Part shown: piece after piece, positions 9,267-18,438 of the stretch | Numbering within the stretch: position 1 is the first letter of the stretch | Layout: each line of letters begins with the position of its first letter | NCBI GenBank assembly: GCA_027319565.1 | Contig: DAHVNA010000015.1 | Location: 1 to 48,689, forward strand | Reading direction: 5' to 3' | DNA length: 48,689 bases | Source of the DNA: Elusimicrobiota bacterium | GTDB lineage: Bacteria > Elusimicrobiota > Elusimicrobia > UBA1565 > UBA9628 | Translations under genes and position numbers: made by a program | The notes under the pieces: generated by a model | Told to the model about the DNA's origin: nothing | Database searches by the model: none | The model's input: only the letters and a program-made list of their open reading frames with translations

Positions 9267-9978
9267 CGACCTTAAGCTTTCAAATTCTACTTCAGCGCGA
9301 ATCGTTGAAATTTTTTCTTCCCTTCAGGGAGAAGGAATCTATCTGGGAGAACGGCAAATCTTCGTTCGTTTTGGAGGATGCAATCTCCACTGCGATTACT
9401 GTGACGAACCCGACACCATTCCAATTCCATCCGGGGAAGTCATGGAATTAAGCCAATTTCAATCGGAAATTCTAAAGCTCAAAGCCGAAAGAAAGCATAA
9501 ATCCCTATCTTGGACCGGCGGAGAGCCCTTGCTCCATGTCCCGTTTCTTTTGAGCGCGATGCCCTGGATCAGAAAAGAAGGCCTTTTAAACTATTTGGAA
9601 ACCAATGGAACCAGGGTCGACGCCTTTAAACAGGTGAAGGATCTCTGCGACATCGTCGCCATGGATATCAAACTTCCCTCTTCCACTGGAAGAGAGTTTT
9701 GGTCGGAACATTTAGAGTTTCTGCGCTTGCTTCCAAAGAAATCCTACGCCAAGGTCATTTTGACCAGTCAGACGACAGAAGCGGAATGGCGGCAAGTCAT
9801 TCGCATTTTGCAGGAAAGTTCCCCCGATATTCCGCTCGTTCTTCAACCGGCGACTCCCATCGGAGGCATTAAACCCATTCTGCCCTCTCAAGCCCTTAAG
9901 TTTCTAAGGCAGGCCCAATCTCTTTTAAAAGAGGTGCGGCTGATTCCGCAATGGCATCCCATTTGGGGCCTGCGGTAA
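9259..9978 (+). CDS. queE: 7-carboxy-7-deazaguanine synthase (radical SAM)
   Basis: EIFSSLQGEG, CNLHCDYCD, TGGEPLL, LETNG, PQWH; directly follows queC. Confidence 0.92.
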   Translation: MPSDLKLSNSTSARIVEIFSSLQGEGIYLGERQIFVRFGGCNLHCDYCDEPDTIPIPSGEVMELSQFQSEILKLKAERKHKSLSWTGGEPLLHVPFLLSAMPWIRKEGLLNYLETNGTRVDAFKQVKDLCDIVAMDIKLPSSTGREFWSEHLEFLRLLPKKSYAKVILTSQTTEAEWRQVIRILQESSPDIPLVLQPATPIGGIKPILPSQALKFLRQAQSLLKEVRLIPQWHPIWGLR

Positions 9979-11637
9979 CTGATAGATCTTAAGAATGGGG
10001 CCAGCGATTTTCCCGGCGATAGGATCAAACTCTTTAAGCAAAACGGCCTGAGAATTAAGTTGAGTAAAAAACTTTCGCAACTCAAGGGCTCTTTTGAGAT
10101 TGACGCCTTGACTTGAAGTGATGACATACTCAACTCCCGCCTTTTTGGCGGCCTCAATCCCGTTTGAAACATCCAGCATCGGCGAATCTTCTTGGGATAT
10201 CTTCACCTCGCCCGTAAAAAAAATATCTAAATCCCAAGCAGAGCGCTTGATTCGGTAAACCCAGTAGCCTCCTCCGGGATGGGCGCTCGCCATCGCGAAA
10301 TAAAGCCGACTTCTAGGAGAACCGTTTTTTTTCGCCCGCAAAGCCAAATCTAAAAGCTCTTGTCGAAGCATCAACAAACGCGGCTCTGTATCCGGCTCAT
10401 CGGCCAAAATAACCGCCCCCTGCGGAATGTTTTTTGAAATCCAATTTTCCGCCAGCATCCGGGTATCGTGGAGTCTCATCAATTGATCCCTTTCCCAAGC
10501 CTTGAGAATGCCCGGGAGTAAAATAAAAGCGCCAACTAACATCACGATCAAGACTTGACGCAAGCGATTTTTTTGTTTTAGCAAAAAGAAAATTCCAGCG
10601 GAAGCCGTAAAATCAAGGGCCGGGAAAATAGCGGTTAAATATCGCGGCACTCCGCCATCGGGATTATTGACCAAAATCGCAAAAGAAATAAGAATTGGTG
10701 AGACAAGAAAAAGCGTCATTTTGAAATCGCAATAGAAAAGATAAAAAATTCCAAGCAGAGCCAAAAACCCCGCCATGAAATTAAATCCTTCAAACCCCAA
10801 CAAATTAAACGCGATATGTTTAGCGACGGAGGCTCGAGTCCAAAACCGAAGAGAATTCATCGCCGCAGGATTATGCATATGAATCCAGAACCAAAAATTA
10901 TGAAAATCAAGAACCGAATAAGGAGATCCTAACACAAATGTAAGAAGAAAAACCGCAATAGCCTCAAGAGCCCAAATTTTAGGAGTTTTTTTAGGGGAAA
11001 TAAGATCAAGAATCACTAAGCCGCTTAAAACCGGAAGCGCGGTAAACTGGCTGGAAAAGGCAAGTCCCCCAAAAACGGCCGACAAGAAATGATCTTTTCT
11101 CTCTCCGCTTTTAAAAAATTTAACGGCATAATGCCAGGTAAGACAAACAAAGAAAAACATGAGGCTATCGGCTTTTGCCTCATGCGCCGAATAAATGAGA
11201 AGCGGAGAAAACGCGGCAAAAGCCCAGGCCCAGGAAAACTCTTCTATTTCTTTTCCTGTTTCAAAAAGAACCCAAACAGCCAATAAAGAAAATGTCGCGG
11301 CGGATAAGCGGGCAATCAGGTAAAACACTGTTGGATGCCAGCCGTAGAGCCCGGCAAAAGCCGAAACACCATGCAAAAACCCAAATCCAGACCAGATGAG
11401 AAAATAAATTCCATAGCACAGAAATAAAAAATAAGGCCAAAGAGTCGGATATTTAAAATCGAAGGGTCTCAAAGAACCACGGCCGAAAGAAACCGCAAGA
11501 TTTAGAAAATGCGGTTCGTCTCCGTTAAAAGTATTGGGAAGCCCCCATCGGATGCCAGCCAAGCGCAAGCTCAAGGCTAAAAGGATAGTCAGGGCAAAGA
11601 AAAATCTTTTAAAGCGAACTTGATTAGATAAATTCAT
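9925..11637 (-). CDS. GT-C-fold membrane glycosyltransferase (ArnT/PMT-like)
   Basis: LRLAGIRWGLP...GDEP acidic loop, multiple TM helices, PRY motif, C-terminal periplasmic domain (DTR..A..WI..NI). Confidence 0.8.
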   Translation of the reverse strand: MNLSNQVRFKRFFFALTILLALSLRLAGIRWGLPNTFNGDEPHFLNLAVSFGRGSLRPFDFKYPTLWPYFLFLCYGIYFLIWSGFGFLHGVSAFAGLYGWHPTVFYLIARLSAATFSLLAVWVLFETGKEIEEFSWAWAFAAFSPLLIYSAHEAKADSLMFFFVCLTWHYAVKFFKSGERKDHFLSAVFGGLAFSSQFTALPVLSGLVILDLISPKKTPKIWALEAIAVFLLTFVLGSPYSVLDFHNFWFWIHMHNPAAMNSLRFWTRASVAKHIAFNLLGFEGFNFMAGFLALLGIFYLFYCDFKMTLFLVSPILISFAILVNNPDGGVPRYLTAIFPALDFTASAGIFFLLKQKNRLRQVLIVMLVGAFILLPGILKAWERDQLMRLHDTRMLAENWISKNIPQGAVILADEPDTEPRLLMLRQELLDLALRAKKNGSPRSRLYFAMASAHPGGGYWVYRIKRSAWDLDIFFTGEVKISQEDSPMLDVSNGIEAAKKAGVEYVITSSQGVNLKRALELRKFFTQLNSQAVLLKEFDPIAGKIAGPILKIYQLPQAPNGMPLRNQPHLF

Positions 11638-11655
11638 AAATTTAAGAGCAGTATT

Positions 11656-11667
11656 ATTCTATATAAT
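11656..11667. promoter_or_regulatory. Back-to-back -10 boxes of divergent GT-C genes
   Basis: TATAAT on + (11662-11667) abutting TAGAAT on - (11656-11661) in a 42-bp intergenic gap. Confidence 0.45.
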
Positions 11668-11679
11668 AGGCGCTGGGTC

Positions 11680-12939
11680 ATGAGGAATTTCACAAAGCGC
11701 ATCTCAGAATCTTCGCCTATTCTATGGTTTTCTTTGGCCCTTATTTTACGCCTGATTTTCGCTCTCAAACTGGGAAATGGATTTTATCAGATTGACGAAT
11801 CCGGCTTTTACAGCGCGGCTCTTAATTTAGCCCGGTTCAAGGTTTACGGAAGCGGAAAGCTGGCCTCAGCCGGAGCACCAATTCCCGCATTTTATTATTC
11901 CCTCTTTTTTCGTCTTTCGGGAGATTACCCTTTAGCCGCGAGACTAGGCCTTTTAATCTTGGATCTTTTTCTTGTCTGGATCGTCTGGAAAATGACCGAA
12001 GAATTGACCCATTCTCAAATTGCCGGAAAAATCGCCCTTGCGATATCTTCAATATATCCCTTTTTCATTTATTATGGGGGAATGCTCCTCTCCGAAACTC
12101 CTTATCTTGTTTTCATGACTTTTGGAATTTGGCGATTATGTCAAATGCTCGCCGCAGACAAAGCTGATTTTTCAAACGCCGCCGCAGCGGGGATTTCATT
12201 GGGTCTTGCCGGTCTTTCGCGCCCCGAAGGCGCAGTCATCATGCTGGGAATATGGCTCCTCGCATTTTTTTTCTCGCGGAAAGATTTAAGGCTCTTAAAA
12301 AGCTTAGGGCTTTCCTTTCTGTGTTGGACGGCTATTTTATTTTCCTGGTCCTTAAGAAACCGCATTGAAACCGGATCTTTTGCGTTAGACAGCCATGGCG
12401 GAATTAATCTCCTCTATGGAACCATGCTTTTCAACATCAACGAACAAGACACTTCCGCCGCCATTGACTTACTTAACAAAATTCCATCTTTTGCGGGAAC
12501 AAAAAGCTTGCCGGCCAGCCTTCAAGATAAAATTTACTGGAAAGCCGCCTTTCATTTTATCTGCGAACATCCCAAGACCGTGTTCAAACAATGGGGACAA
12601 AAAACCATCAATTTCTGGAGATTTTATCCGCGCCAAGACAAATTTTACATGGAAGGGCCGCGCAGTCAGCCCAATGTAGGGCTTAAAAGAAACGCTCTTG
12701 TCTTTATTAGTCTTTTAACGGAACCCTGCTTAATTTTTCTTGGGTCTTGGGGAATTCTTAAACAGCTAAAAATCAACCACGCGGTTTATCCGATTTTTCT
12801 TTTTATTCTGGCCACTTTTTTCCTTCATATGATCAGCGTCAGTCAAATGCGCTACCGACTGCCCCTCATGCCGTTTCTTATCCTAGGATTTAGTTCTTTT
12901 ATGGCTGAGAGGCTCGAATCTCATTTTAAGCAGGTATAG
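11680..12939 (+). CDS. GT-C-fold membrane glycosyltransferase (ArnT-like)
   Basis: LILRL, IDESGFY, LLSETP, LSRPE, W.LRN, MRYRLP; polytopic. Confidence 0.8.
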   Translation: MRNFTKRISESSPILWFSLALILRLIFALKLGNGFYQIDESGFYSAALNLARFKVYGSGKLASAGAPIPAFYYSLFFRLSGDYPLAARLGLLILDLFLVWIVWKMTEELTHSQIAGKIALAISSIYPFFIYYGGMLLSETPYLVFMTFGIWRLCQMLAADKADFSNAAAAGISLGLAGLSRPEGAVIMLGIWLLAFFFSRKDLRLLKSLGLSFLCWTAILFSWSLRNRIETGSFALDSHGGINLLYGTMLFNINEQDTSAAIDLLNKIPSFAGTKSLPASLQDKIYWKAAFHFICEHPKTVFKQWGQKTINFWRFYPRQDKFYMEGPRSQPNVGLKRNALVFISLLTEPCLIFLGSWGILKQLKINHAVYPIFLFILATFFLHMISVSQMRYRLPLMPFLILGFSSFMAERLESHFKQV

Positions 12940-13581
12940 AATATTTTCCAAACCCACCTTCCACGGCATAAGCTTGGTCTCGCCCAAGCGATTGCGATAG
13001 GGAATTTGAATTTCCTTAAACCGATCTCTCAGCGCGTTAAAACTCCGTAGCTTAATTTCCTCGGAAAAATTCCAATTGTCGCTTTCTAAAGCAAATTGGT
13101 CAAGAATACTCTTCTTAAAAATCCACATTCCTGACAAGATGTCGCTAAAAGAATGAAGCCATAGAATTGAAGCGGCCAGAGTAATCGCCAAATTGCCTAT
13201 TTGATTGAGACTATTCATGCTTTGAGAATCCGTCAAAGGAAAACGAGAACAAGAAATAAAGCCGAGATTATTACTCAGAAGCTCTTGAGCTAAGGTCTCG
13301 ATATTTTCGACGGGATAGGTGCCATCCGCGTCTGCGGTCGCGATAATCTCGCCTTGAGCTTTTTCAAAGCCAGTCTTGTAAGCCCGGCCATAACCCCGCC
13401 TTTTTTCAATGACGACCTTCCAACCAAAACTTTCGGCGATTTCCCGTGTTTTATCGCGGCTATCGCCATCGACAATCAGGACCTCGTCAATTGAAGAGGG
13501 TATCTTTTCCTTCAAATAGCCCAGACCTTCTGCCTCATTAATGGTCGGCAAAATTAAGCTTATTTTTTTTCCTAAAATCAT
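12883..13581 (-). CDS. GT2 glycosyltransferase, DPM-synthase-like
   Basis: VDGDSRDKT, RGYGRA, DADGTY, SDILSG, YRNRLGETK; ATGA-coupled to the upstream epimerase. Confidence 0.88.
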   Translation of the reverse strand: MILGKKISLILPTINEAEGLGYLKEKIPSSIDEVLIVDGDSRDKTREIAESFGWKVVIEKRRGYGRAYKTGFEKAQGEIIATADADGTYPVENIETLAQELLSNNLGFISCSRFPLTDSQSMNSLNQIGNLAITLAASILWLHSFSDILSGMWIFKKSILDQFALESDNWNFSEEIKLRSFNALRDRFKEIQIPYRNRLGETKLMPWKVGLENILYLLKMRFEPLSHKRTKS

Positions 13582-14549
13582 GTTTTACTTTGAGACCACA
13601 GGGCATAATCCTGAATCGCCTTAAATACCGCCGCCGTTGAATCCATTTGAGGTCGCCAACCGCATTTTTTAATTTTAGAAATATCTAAACTGGTTTTGGG
13701 CACATCCCCCACCCAGCCGATGGGAGAGTCCTCGTAATTAATCTTGCAATTCTTAAGATTTAGAACTCGGCAAGATTCTTCCGCAATTTGTCTAACCGAA
13801 GTCGCCCCCTCGGTGCTTAAGTTGAAAATCTGAAATTTATTTGGGTGCGATGAACCCGCCGGACTTTTTTCAAGAGCGAGGTATATTCCTAAAACGCAGT
13901 CTTCAACATCAATATAGGTTTTGGTTTGAAATCCATTTCCCAAAACATTGAGTTCGCCTGGATTTTTCCGTAGGCGGGCGATGAAGTCATAAATCACTCC
14001 ATGGGTTAATTTTTCTCCCACGACGTTTCCGAACCTAAAAACCCAAGCGTCCATTCCATAATTCTCGACAAAAGCGCTGATGAAAGCTTCAGAGGCTAAT
14101 TTCCCGGCGCCGTAAATAGACACCGGATGGAGATTGGGCGAAGACTCCGGAGTCGGCATTGCCGGATTTTGCCCGTAAACTGCGGAACTGGAACTGAAAA
14201 TAAATTTAGGAATTTTCATTTCTCGAGCGGCTCTGAGGGTTTCAAAAGTCGTGTCAAAAGTCCTTTGTTTGTCCATTTCCGGATGAGCATTTCCCAATGA
14301 AATGTCGGAGTTCGCCGCCAAATGCGCCAACAAATCGAAATTTGGGCCTTGGATTTTCTTATGCCAGCCGGGAACACTCACGTCTAATTCCGCACAATCA
14401 AAATCCGGATTATTTTTAAACTCCTCAAGATGTCGCCGAGTCCCCAAGGAGAAATTATCAACGCATAAAACCTTTGCGCCTTTTTTGAGAAAAAGCCTGG
14501 TTAAAGCATTTCCCACAAGGCCGGCCCCGCCCGTTATTAAAACTCGCAT
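13578..14549 (-). CDS. NAD-dependent nucleotide-sugar epimerase/dehydratase (extended SDR)
   Basis: TGGAGLVG, HLAA, SSSSAVYG, YGAGK, RFGNVVG. Confidence 0.9.
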   Translation of the reverse strand: MRVLITGGAGLVGNALTRLFLKKGAKVLCVDNFSLGTRRHLEEFKNNPDFDCAELDVSVPGWHKKIQGPNFDLLAHLAANSDISLGNAHPEMDKQRTFDTTFETLRAAREMKIPKFIFSSSSAVYGQNPAMPTPESSPNLHPVSIYGAGKLASEAFISAFVENYGMDAWVFRFGNVVGEKLTHGVIYDFIARLRKNPGELNVLGNGFQTKTYIDVEDCVLGIYLALEKSPAGSSHPNKFQIFNLSTEGATSVRQIAEESCRVLNLKNCKINYEDSPIGWVGDVPKTSLDISKIKKCGWRPQMDSTAAVFKAIQDYALWSQSKT

Positions 14550-14551
14550 AG

Positions 14552-15184
14552 TTATCTCTGCTTTAAATAAAAGGTCAAGATATGGCCTATGGCCATATGC
14601 ATGTCTTCGATGACTCCATATTGGCTTGAGGGAACGGTAATGGCTAAATCCACCATGGTTTTGAGGCGACCGCCGTCAAAACCCAAGATTCCGACAGTCT
14701 GCGCTTTTTTTTCTTTGGCTAACTGACAAGCCTTAATGAGATTTTTTGAATTTCCGCTGCCAGAGATTAAAATGACCAAGTCGCCAGGATTTAATATATT
14801 TTCCAGCTGTCGGCTAAAACAATCATCAAAAGAAATATCATTTCCAATCGCCGTTAGGTAGGCGATATTTTCCGACAAGGAACGGCAGCGAATCATGGGG
14901 CGCCTTGAAACGTAAGCGGTTTTAGACAAATCCGTCGCCCAATGAGAGGCGGTTGAGGCCGAACCGCCATTTCCCATGACAAAAATCTCGCGGCGCTCTT
15001 TTTCAACCTTGACAATCTTTTCCGCGAGTTTCGCGATATTTGTTAGATCTAGGCTTTCCCACCGCCGCAGCGACTCTTTTCTGTACCAAGCGGCAAATTC
15101 TTTCGCAGGCAACCCTCCCGGACCGAGAAGATGAAAGGCCCCCGGGCGAGTCGAAGATATTCTTTCTTTTTTAGCGGCTGACAT
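14552..15184 (-). CDS. gmhA: Sedoheptulose-7-phosphate isomerase (SIS domain)
   Basis: GNGGSAS.ASH, TAIGND, ISGSGNS.N, IED.H; start reassigned to ATG 15184 behind GGAGGGG. Confidence 0.85.
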   Translation of the reverse strand: MSAAKKERISSTRPGAFHLLGPGGLPAKEFAAWYRKESLRRWESLDLTNIAKLAEKIVKVEKERREIFVMGNGGSASTASHWATDLSKTAYVSRRPMIRCRSLSENIAYLTAIGNDISFDDCFSRQLENILNPGDLVILISGSGNSKNLIKACQLAKEKKAQTVGILGFDGGRLKTMVDLAITVPSSQYGVIEDMHMAIGHILTFYLKQR

Positions 15185-16142
15185 GGATGATTTTAGACCC
15201 CTCCGGCTCGAATTTAAAATGAATCTGCCGCCAATTTTTAAGGCTTCTAAGAACAGACTCGCGCCGAGACAAAGGGCAAAATAGCAGTAAAAACCCACCG
15301 CCTCCGGCTCCTAAAATCTTTCCGCCCACAGCCCCTGCCTTAAGAGCCTTTTGATAAATCTCGTCGATAACTCCGTTGGTGACTTTTCCGGTTAAAGATT
15401 TCTTAATTTCCCAGCCTTCATGCAAAATAGGGCCTATCGCATCGACGTCTCCCTTTTGAATTCTTTCCTTGGCGAAATAGGCCAAATCTTTTAAACGCCT
15501 CATGCTTTCCATTTTTTCGCTAAAACCATCCCGCGCTTTTCGCAAAATAGGCCCTGCCTTGCGGCGCATTCCGGTATAGAATAAAATCATTCGGCTAAAC
15601 AGAGCTTCTCGGGTTTTTTCGCTGATAATAATAGGATTTACTTTCACGCTCTCATCCGGCATGAACTCAATAAATTGAAAGCCGCCATAAGCCGCGATGT
15701 ATTGATCCTGCTTTCCGATAGGATCTTTAATGCGCTCAATTTCAATATGACAAGCGCCTTGGGCCAATTCTTCGGCGGTTTGAAACTCGCCTTTAAAAGC
15801 GGATAAGGCATGAAGAGTTCCCACCGTAAAACTAGACGAAGAGCCAAGCCCGGTTCCGCCGGGAATATCGGCCATCGAGGTCATCTCGATTGCGCGATCA
15901 AGTTTGCTTTGAATCAAACATTCCCTCCACAAGGGATGCCGAATCTGATGGGCGGAAGAAACCAATTCGCTTTTGGAATATTTAAGAAATATCGAATCGT
16001 CAAAATAATGATTGACGGTGATATACATGTATTTGTCAATGGCAAAAGACAATACCGCGCCGGGCTCGTGGCGATAAAATTCCTTTAAATCAGTCCCCCC
16101 TCCGGCCAAGCTAATTCTAAAAGGAGTACGGGAAATAATCAT
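15171..16142 (-). CDS. hddA: D-glycero-alpha-D-manno-heptose 7-phosphate kinase (GHMP family)
   Basis: RTPFRISLAGGGTD, PGGTGLGSSS, GKQDQY, GAGGGG; context of gmhA/gmhB. Confidence 0.88.
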   Translation of the reverse strand: MIISRTPFRISLAGGGTDLKEFYRHEPGAVLSFAIDKYMYITVNHYFDDSIFLKYSKSELVSSAHQIRHPLWRECLIQSKLDRAIEMTSMADIPGGTGLGSSSSFTVGTLHALSAFKGEFQTAEELAQGACHIEIERIKDPIGKQDQYIAAYGGFQFIEFMPDESVKVNPIIISEKTREALFSRMILFYTGMRRKAGPILRKARDGFSEKMESMRRLKDLAYFAKERIQKGDVDAIGPILHEGWEIKKSLTGKVTNGVIDEIYQKALKAGAVGGKILGAGGGGFLLLFCPLSRRESVLRSLKNWRQIHFKFEPEGSKIIHVSR

Positions 16143-16837
16143 TGCGTTCGCCCTTTCTCGAACGCGAAAAATCTTTCGGGAGTTCCCAAATCCGCCAAGG
16201 TCTCATGAGTCACATACCCAGACAAAATCAAGCCTCTCTGAATCGCTTGAGGGAAGATATCCCGGCCAAAATCCGAAGCTCGATCCGTGGGAATTATATC
16301 CAGAATCGATTTTCTCAACGCCCAGACGGCCGCGCAAGCCAGATGATTAGGAGCTTTGGCCAAGGGATCGCGGTAAAAACCCTTAATTTGATTTTTTTTA
16401 AGCTTCACCAAATCAGAATCCTGCGGATGATCGCTGGCAAAAAGGACCAAGCTTGCCGCGGAATTCAAATTTTGAGCGTGAAAATCCAAAAAGGGTTTTA
16501 AATCCATTGAAATAAACAGATCCCCGTAAACGACCAAGATATCTTCGTTTAAGTTCCGGGCCGCGTCTAACACGCACCCAGCTGTCCCGCGAGGTTCTGT
16601 CTCGATATAATACTCAAGATTAACCCCCCATGTCTCGCCCTTCCCAAAATAACGGGATACCGCCTCCGCCTTATGTCCCAAACAAAGCGAAATCTCATGA
16701 AAGCCCGATGATTTAAGCCATAGAATCAAATGCTCTAAAATCGGCTTGCCGAAGATTTTAATCATCGGCTTTGGAACGCCTTCAGACAAAGCGCCCATTC
16801 GAGTCCCCAAGCCTCCCGCGACAATCAAGACCTTCAT
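16139..16837 (-). CDS. hddC: Sugar-1-phosphate nucleotidyltransferase, probably heptose-1-phosphate guanylyltransferase
   Basis: AGGLGTRM...PKPM, EP.GTAG, YGD, DLGTPE; between gmhB and hddA. Confidence 0.78.
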   Translation of the reverse strand: MKVLIVAGGLGTRMGALSEGVPKPMIKIFGKPILEHLILWLKSSGFHEISLCLGHKAEAVSRYFGKGETWGVNLEYYIETEPRGTAGCVLDAARNLNEDILVVYGDLFISMDLKPFLDFHAQNLNSAASLVLFASDHPQDSDLVKLKKNQIKGFYRDPLAKAPNHLACAAVWALRKSILDIIPTDRASDFGRDIFPQAIQRGLILSGYVTHETLADLGTPERFFAFEKGRTQ

Positions 16838-17415
16838 TGCCGCAAAATCCAGCCCGCCGCCGTGGGAAAGCTCTTGAATATTTTTCGAGGTTTTTCTAGG
16901 TAAAGGCCGTCTTTACCGGCTTTTCCAGTTTTCACCAAGAGTGGAACACACCCGGACCTCCGGGCCGCCAAAATATCAACGCTTGAGTCGCCGACAAAAT
17001 AAGAAGACTTCAAATCAATATTGAATTTCTTTTGCGCTTTGAGAATAAGGCCTGTTTCCGGCTTGCGGCAATCGCAGGACTTATCGAAATCGGGATGATG
17101 CGGACAATAATAGACGGCGTCAAGACGAGCCCTGGGGTTTTGATCAAGAAGCCTAGCGCGCAAAACGCGGGTAATTTCCTTGAGACCTGACAAACTGAGA
17201 AGACCTCGGGCCACCGCCGATTGATTACTGATAATAATCGCCTTAAAACCCGCTTCCCTTAATTTTGCAATGGCATCCGCGACCCCGGCGATGACCGTCA
17301 TGTCCTCAACACGCGCGAGATAATTGACTTCTTTAACGATGACCCCGTCTCGATCCATGAAAACGGCTCTATTTTTGCGGGTTTTTGAAGTCCCATTTTT
17401 TTCTCTTGGCGGCAT
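16834..17415 (-). CDS. gmhB: Heptose 1,7-bisphosphate phosphatase (HAD IIIA)
   Basis: DRDGV, SNQS, CPHHP...CDCRKP, VGD...D. Confidence 0.9.
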   Translation of the reverse strand: MPPREKNGTSKTRKNRAVFMDRDGVIVKEVNYLARVEDMTVIAGVADAIAKLREAGFKAIIISNQSAVARGLLSLSGLKEITRVLRARLLDQNPRARLDAVYYCPHHPDFDKSCDCRKPETGLILKAQKKFNIDLKSSYFVGDSSVDILAARRSGCVPLLVKTGKAGKDGLYLEKPRKIFKSFPTAAGWILRQ

Positions 17416-17438
17416 AAGGCGATTTTAATTTTACTACA

Positions 17439-18431
17439 TTAGTCTTTCTTCGATACTTGTTCAAGAAAGCGATAGACTTCCTTTAACTGACTATCCGCGC
17501 CAGAAAAGAAACCGCGCGTCAATAGATAAAGCTCTCTTATTTTCTTGGCCCAGGATAATAACGGTTTCGGAATAAATGTCGCAGGGTAAACCCAAAGACG
17601 CTTTCCGGGTTCGCCCAATTCTGTCAGGATAAATTGCCTCGCCTCTCTTGGACGCAAACTCTTTAGCAAGTATCCGGCGGTTTTTCTAGCCAATTTAAGT
17701 CTTTCGATTTCTTTTTCCTGTGGCGTTATTTTCCCGGCCTCAAGAGCCATTAAGCATTCTTTATAAGCAGTCCGATGATCCATAGTGATCTGCGCCGAAT
17801 GAAGCCGGCGGATAGATAACGGATCTCGAATGGCGCCGACAAGAGCTCCCGAGACCAGCATACGGGCATAAAGCTCGGTATCTTCCAAAATTTTCATGTC
17901 TTCCCGAAAAAAACCAACCTGGTTGAAAAGCTCCCGGCGCACCGCGAGATTAGTCGTCAAATAAGGGATATATTCATCTCCAACGGCATACCAGCCGGGT
18001 AGCGCGCCTTCTAATAGCTTGCGCGAGGGCTCAAACACAGTTCCAATGATTTTTCTTCCACGCAAAAGATAGGCATTGGAAAACCAAAATCCCGTTTCGG
18101 GACGCTCTTCAATAGCGCGTTTAAAAACTTCCAGACGGCGGGGCAACCAAATATCGTCAGAGTCTAAAAAAGTGATAAAGCGCCCTGTCGCCCGCCCGAT
18201 AGCGTCATTGCGTCGAACGTGTTGCCGACGGTTATCTTCAAAGCGAATTAGGGAAAGGTTTTTTTCTTTTCTAAACTCGTCAAAAACAGCGGGGGTTTCA
18301 TCGCTAGAACCGTCATCGAGGACAAAACACTCATAATCCCGGCAGGTTTGAGAGAGAACGCTTCTAAGAGCCGTTTTCAGCATCTCCGCCCGATTATAAG
18401 TAGGAAGGATAATTGAAAAAAATGGCGTCAT
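17439..18431 (-). CDS. GT2 family glycosyltransferase
   Basis: SIILPTYNR, DDGSSD, FLDSDD.W, ED.EL. Confidence 0.9.
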   Translation of the reverse strand: MTPFFSIILPTYNRAEMLKTALRSVLSQTCRDYECFVLDDGSSDETPAVFDEFRKEKNLSLIRFEDNRRQHVRRNDAIGRATGRFITFLDSDDIWLPRRLEVFKRAIEERPETGFWFSNAYLLRGRKIIGTVFEPSRKLLEGALPGWYAVGDEYIPYLTTNLAVRRELFNQVGFFREDMKILEDTELYARMLVSGALVGAIRDPLSIRRLHSAQITMDHRTAYKECLMALEAGKITPQEKEIERLKLARKTAGYLLKSLRPREARQFILTELGEPGKRLWVYPATFIPKPLLSWAKKIRELYLLTRGFFSGADSQLKEVYRFLEQVSKKD

Positions 18432-18438
18432 GGAGACT

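Noticed and set aside
8562..9978. QueC-based anti-phage system (Qat, CBASS type IV, Dpd)
   Set aside because: QueC is canonical in length and motifs and paired with QueE; no TatD, cyclase, TGT/DpdA or ATPase partner in the window.
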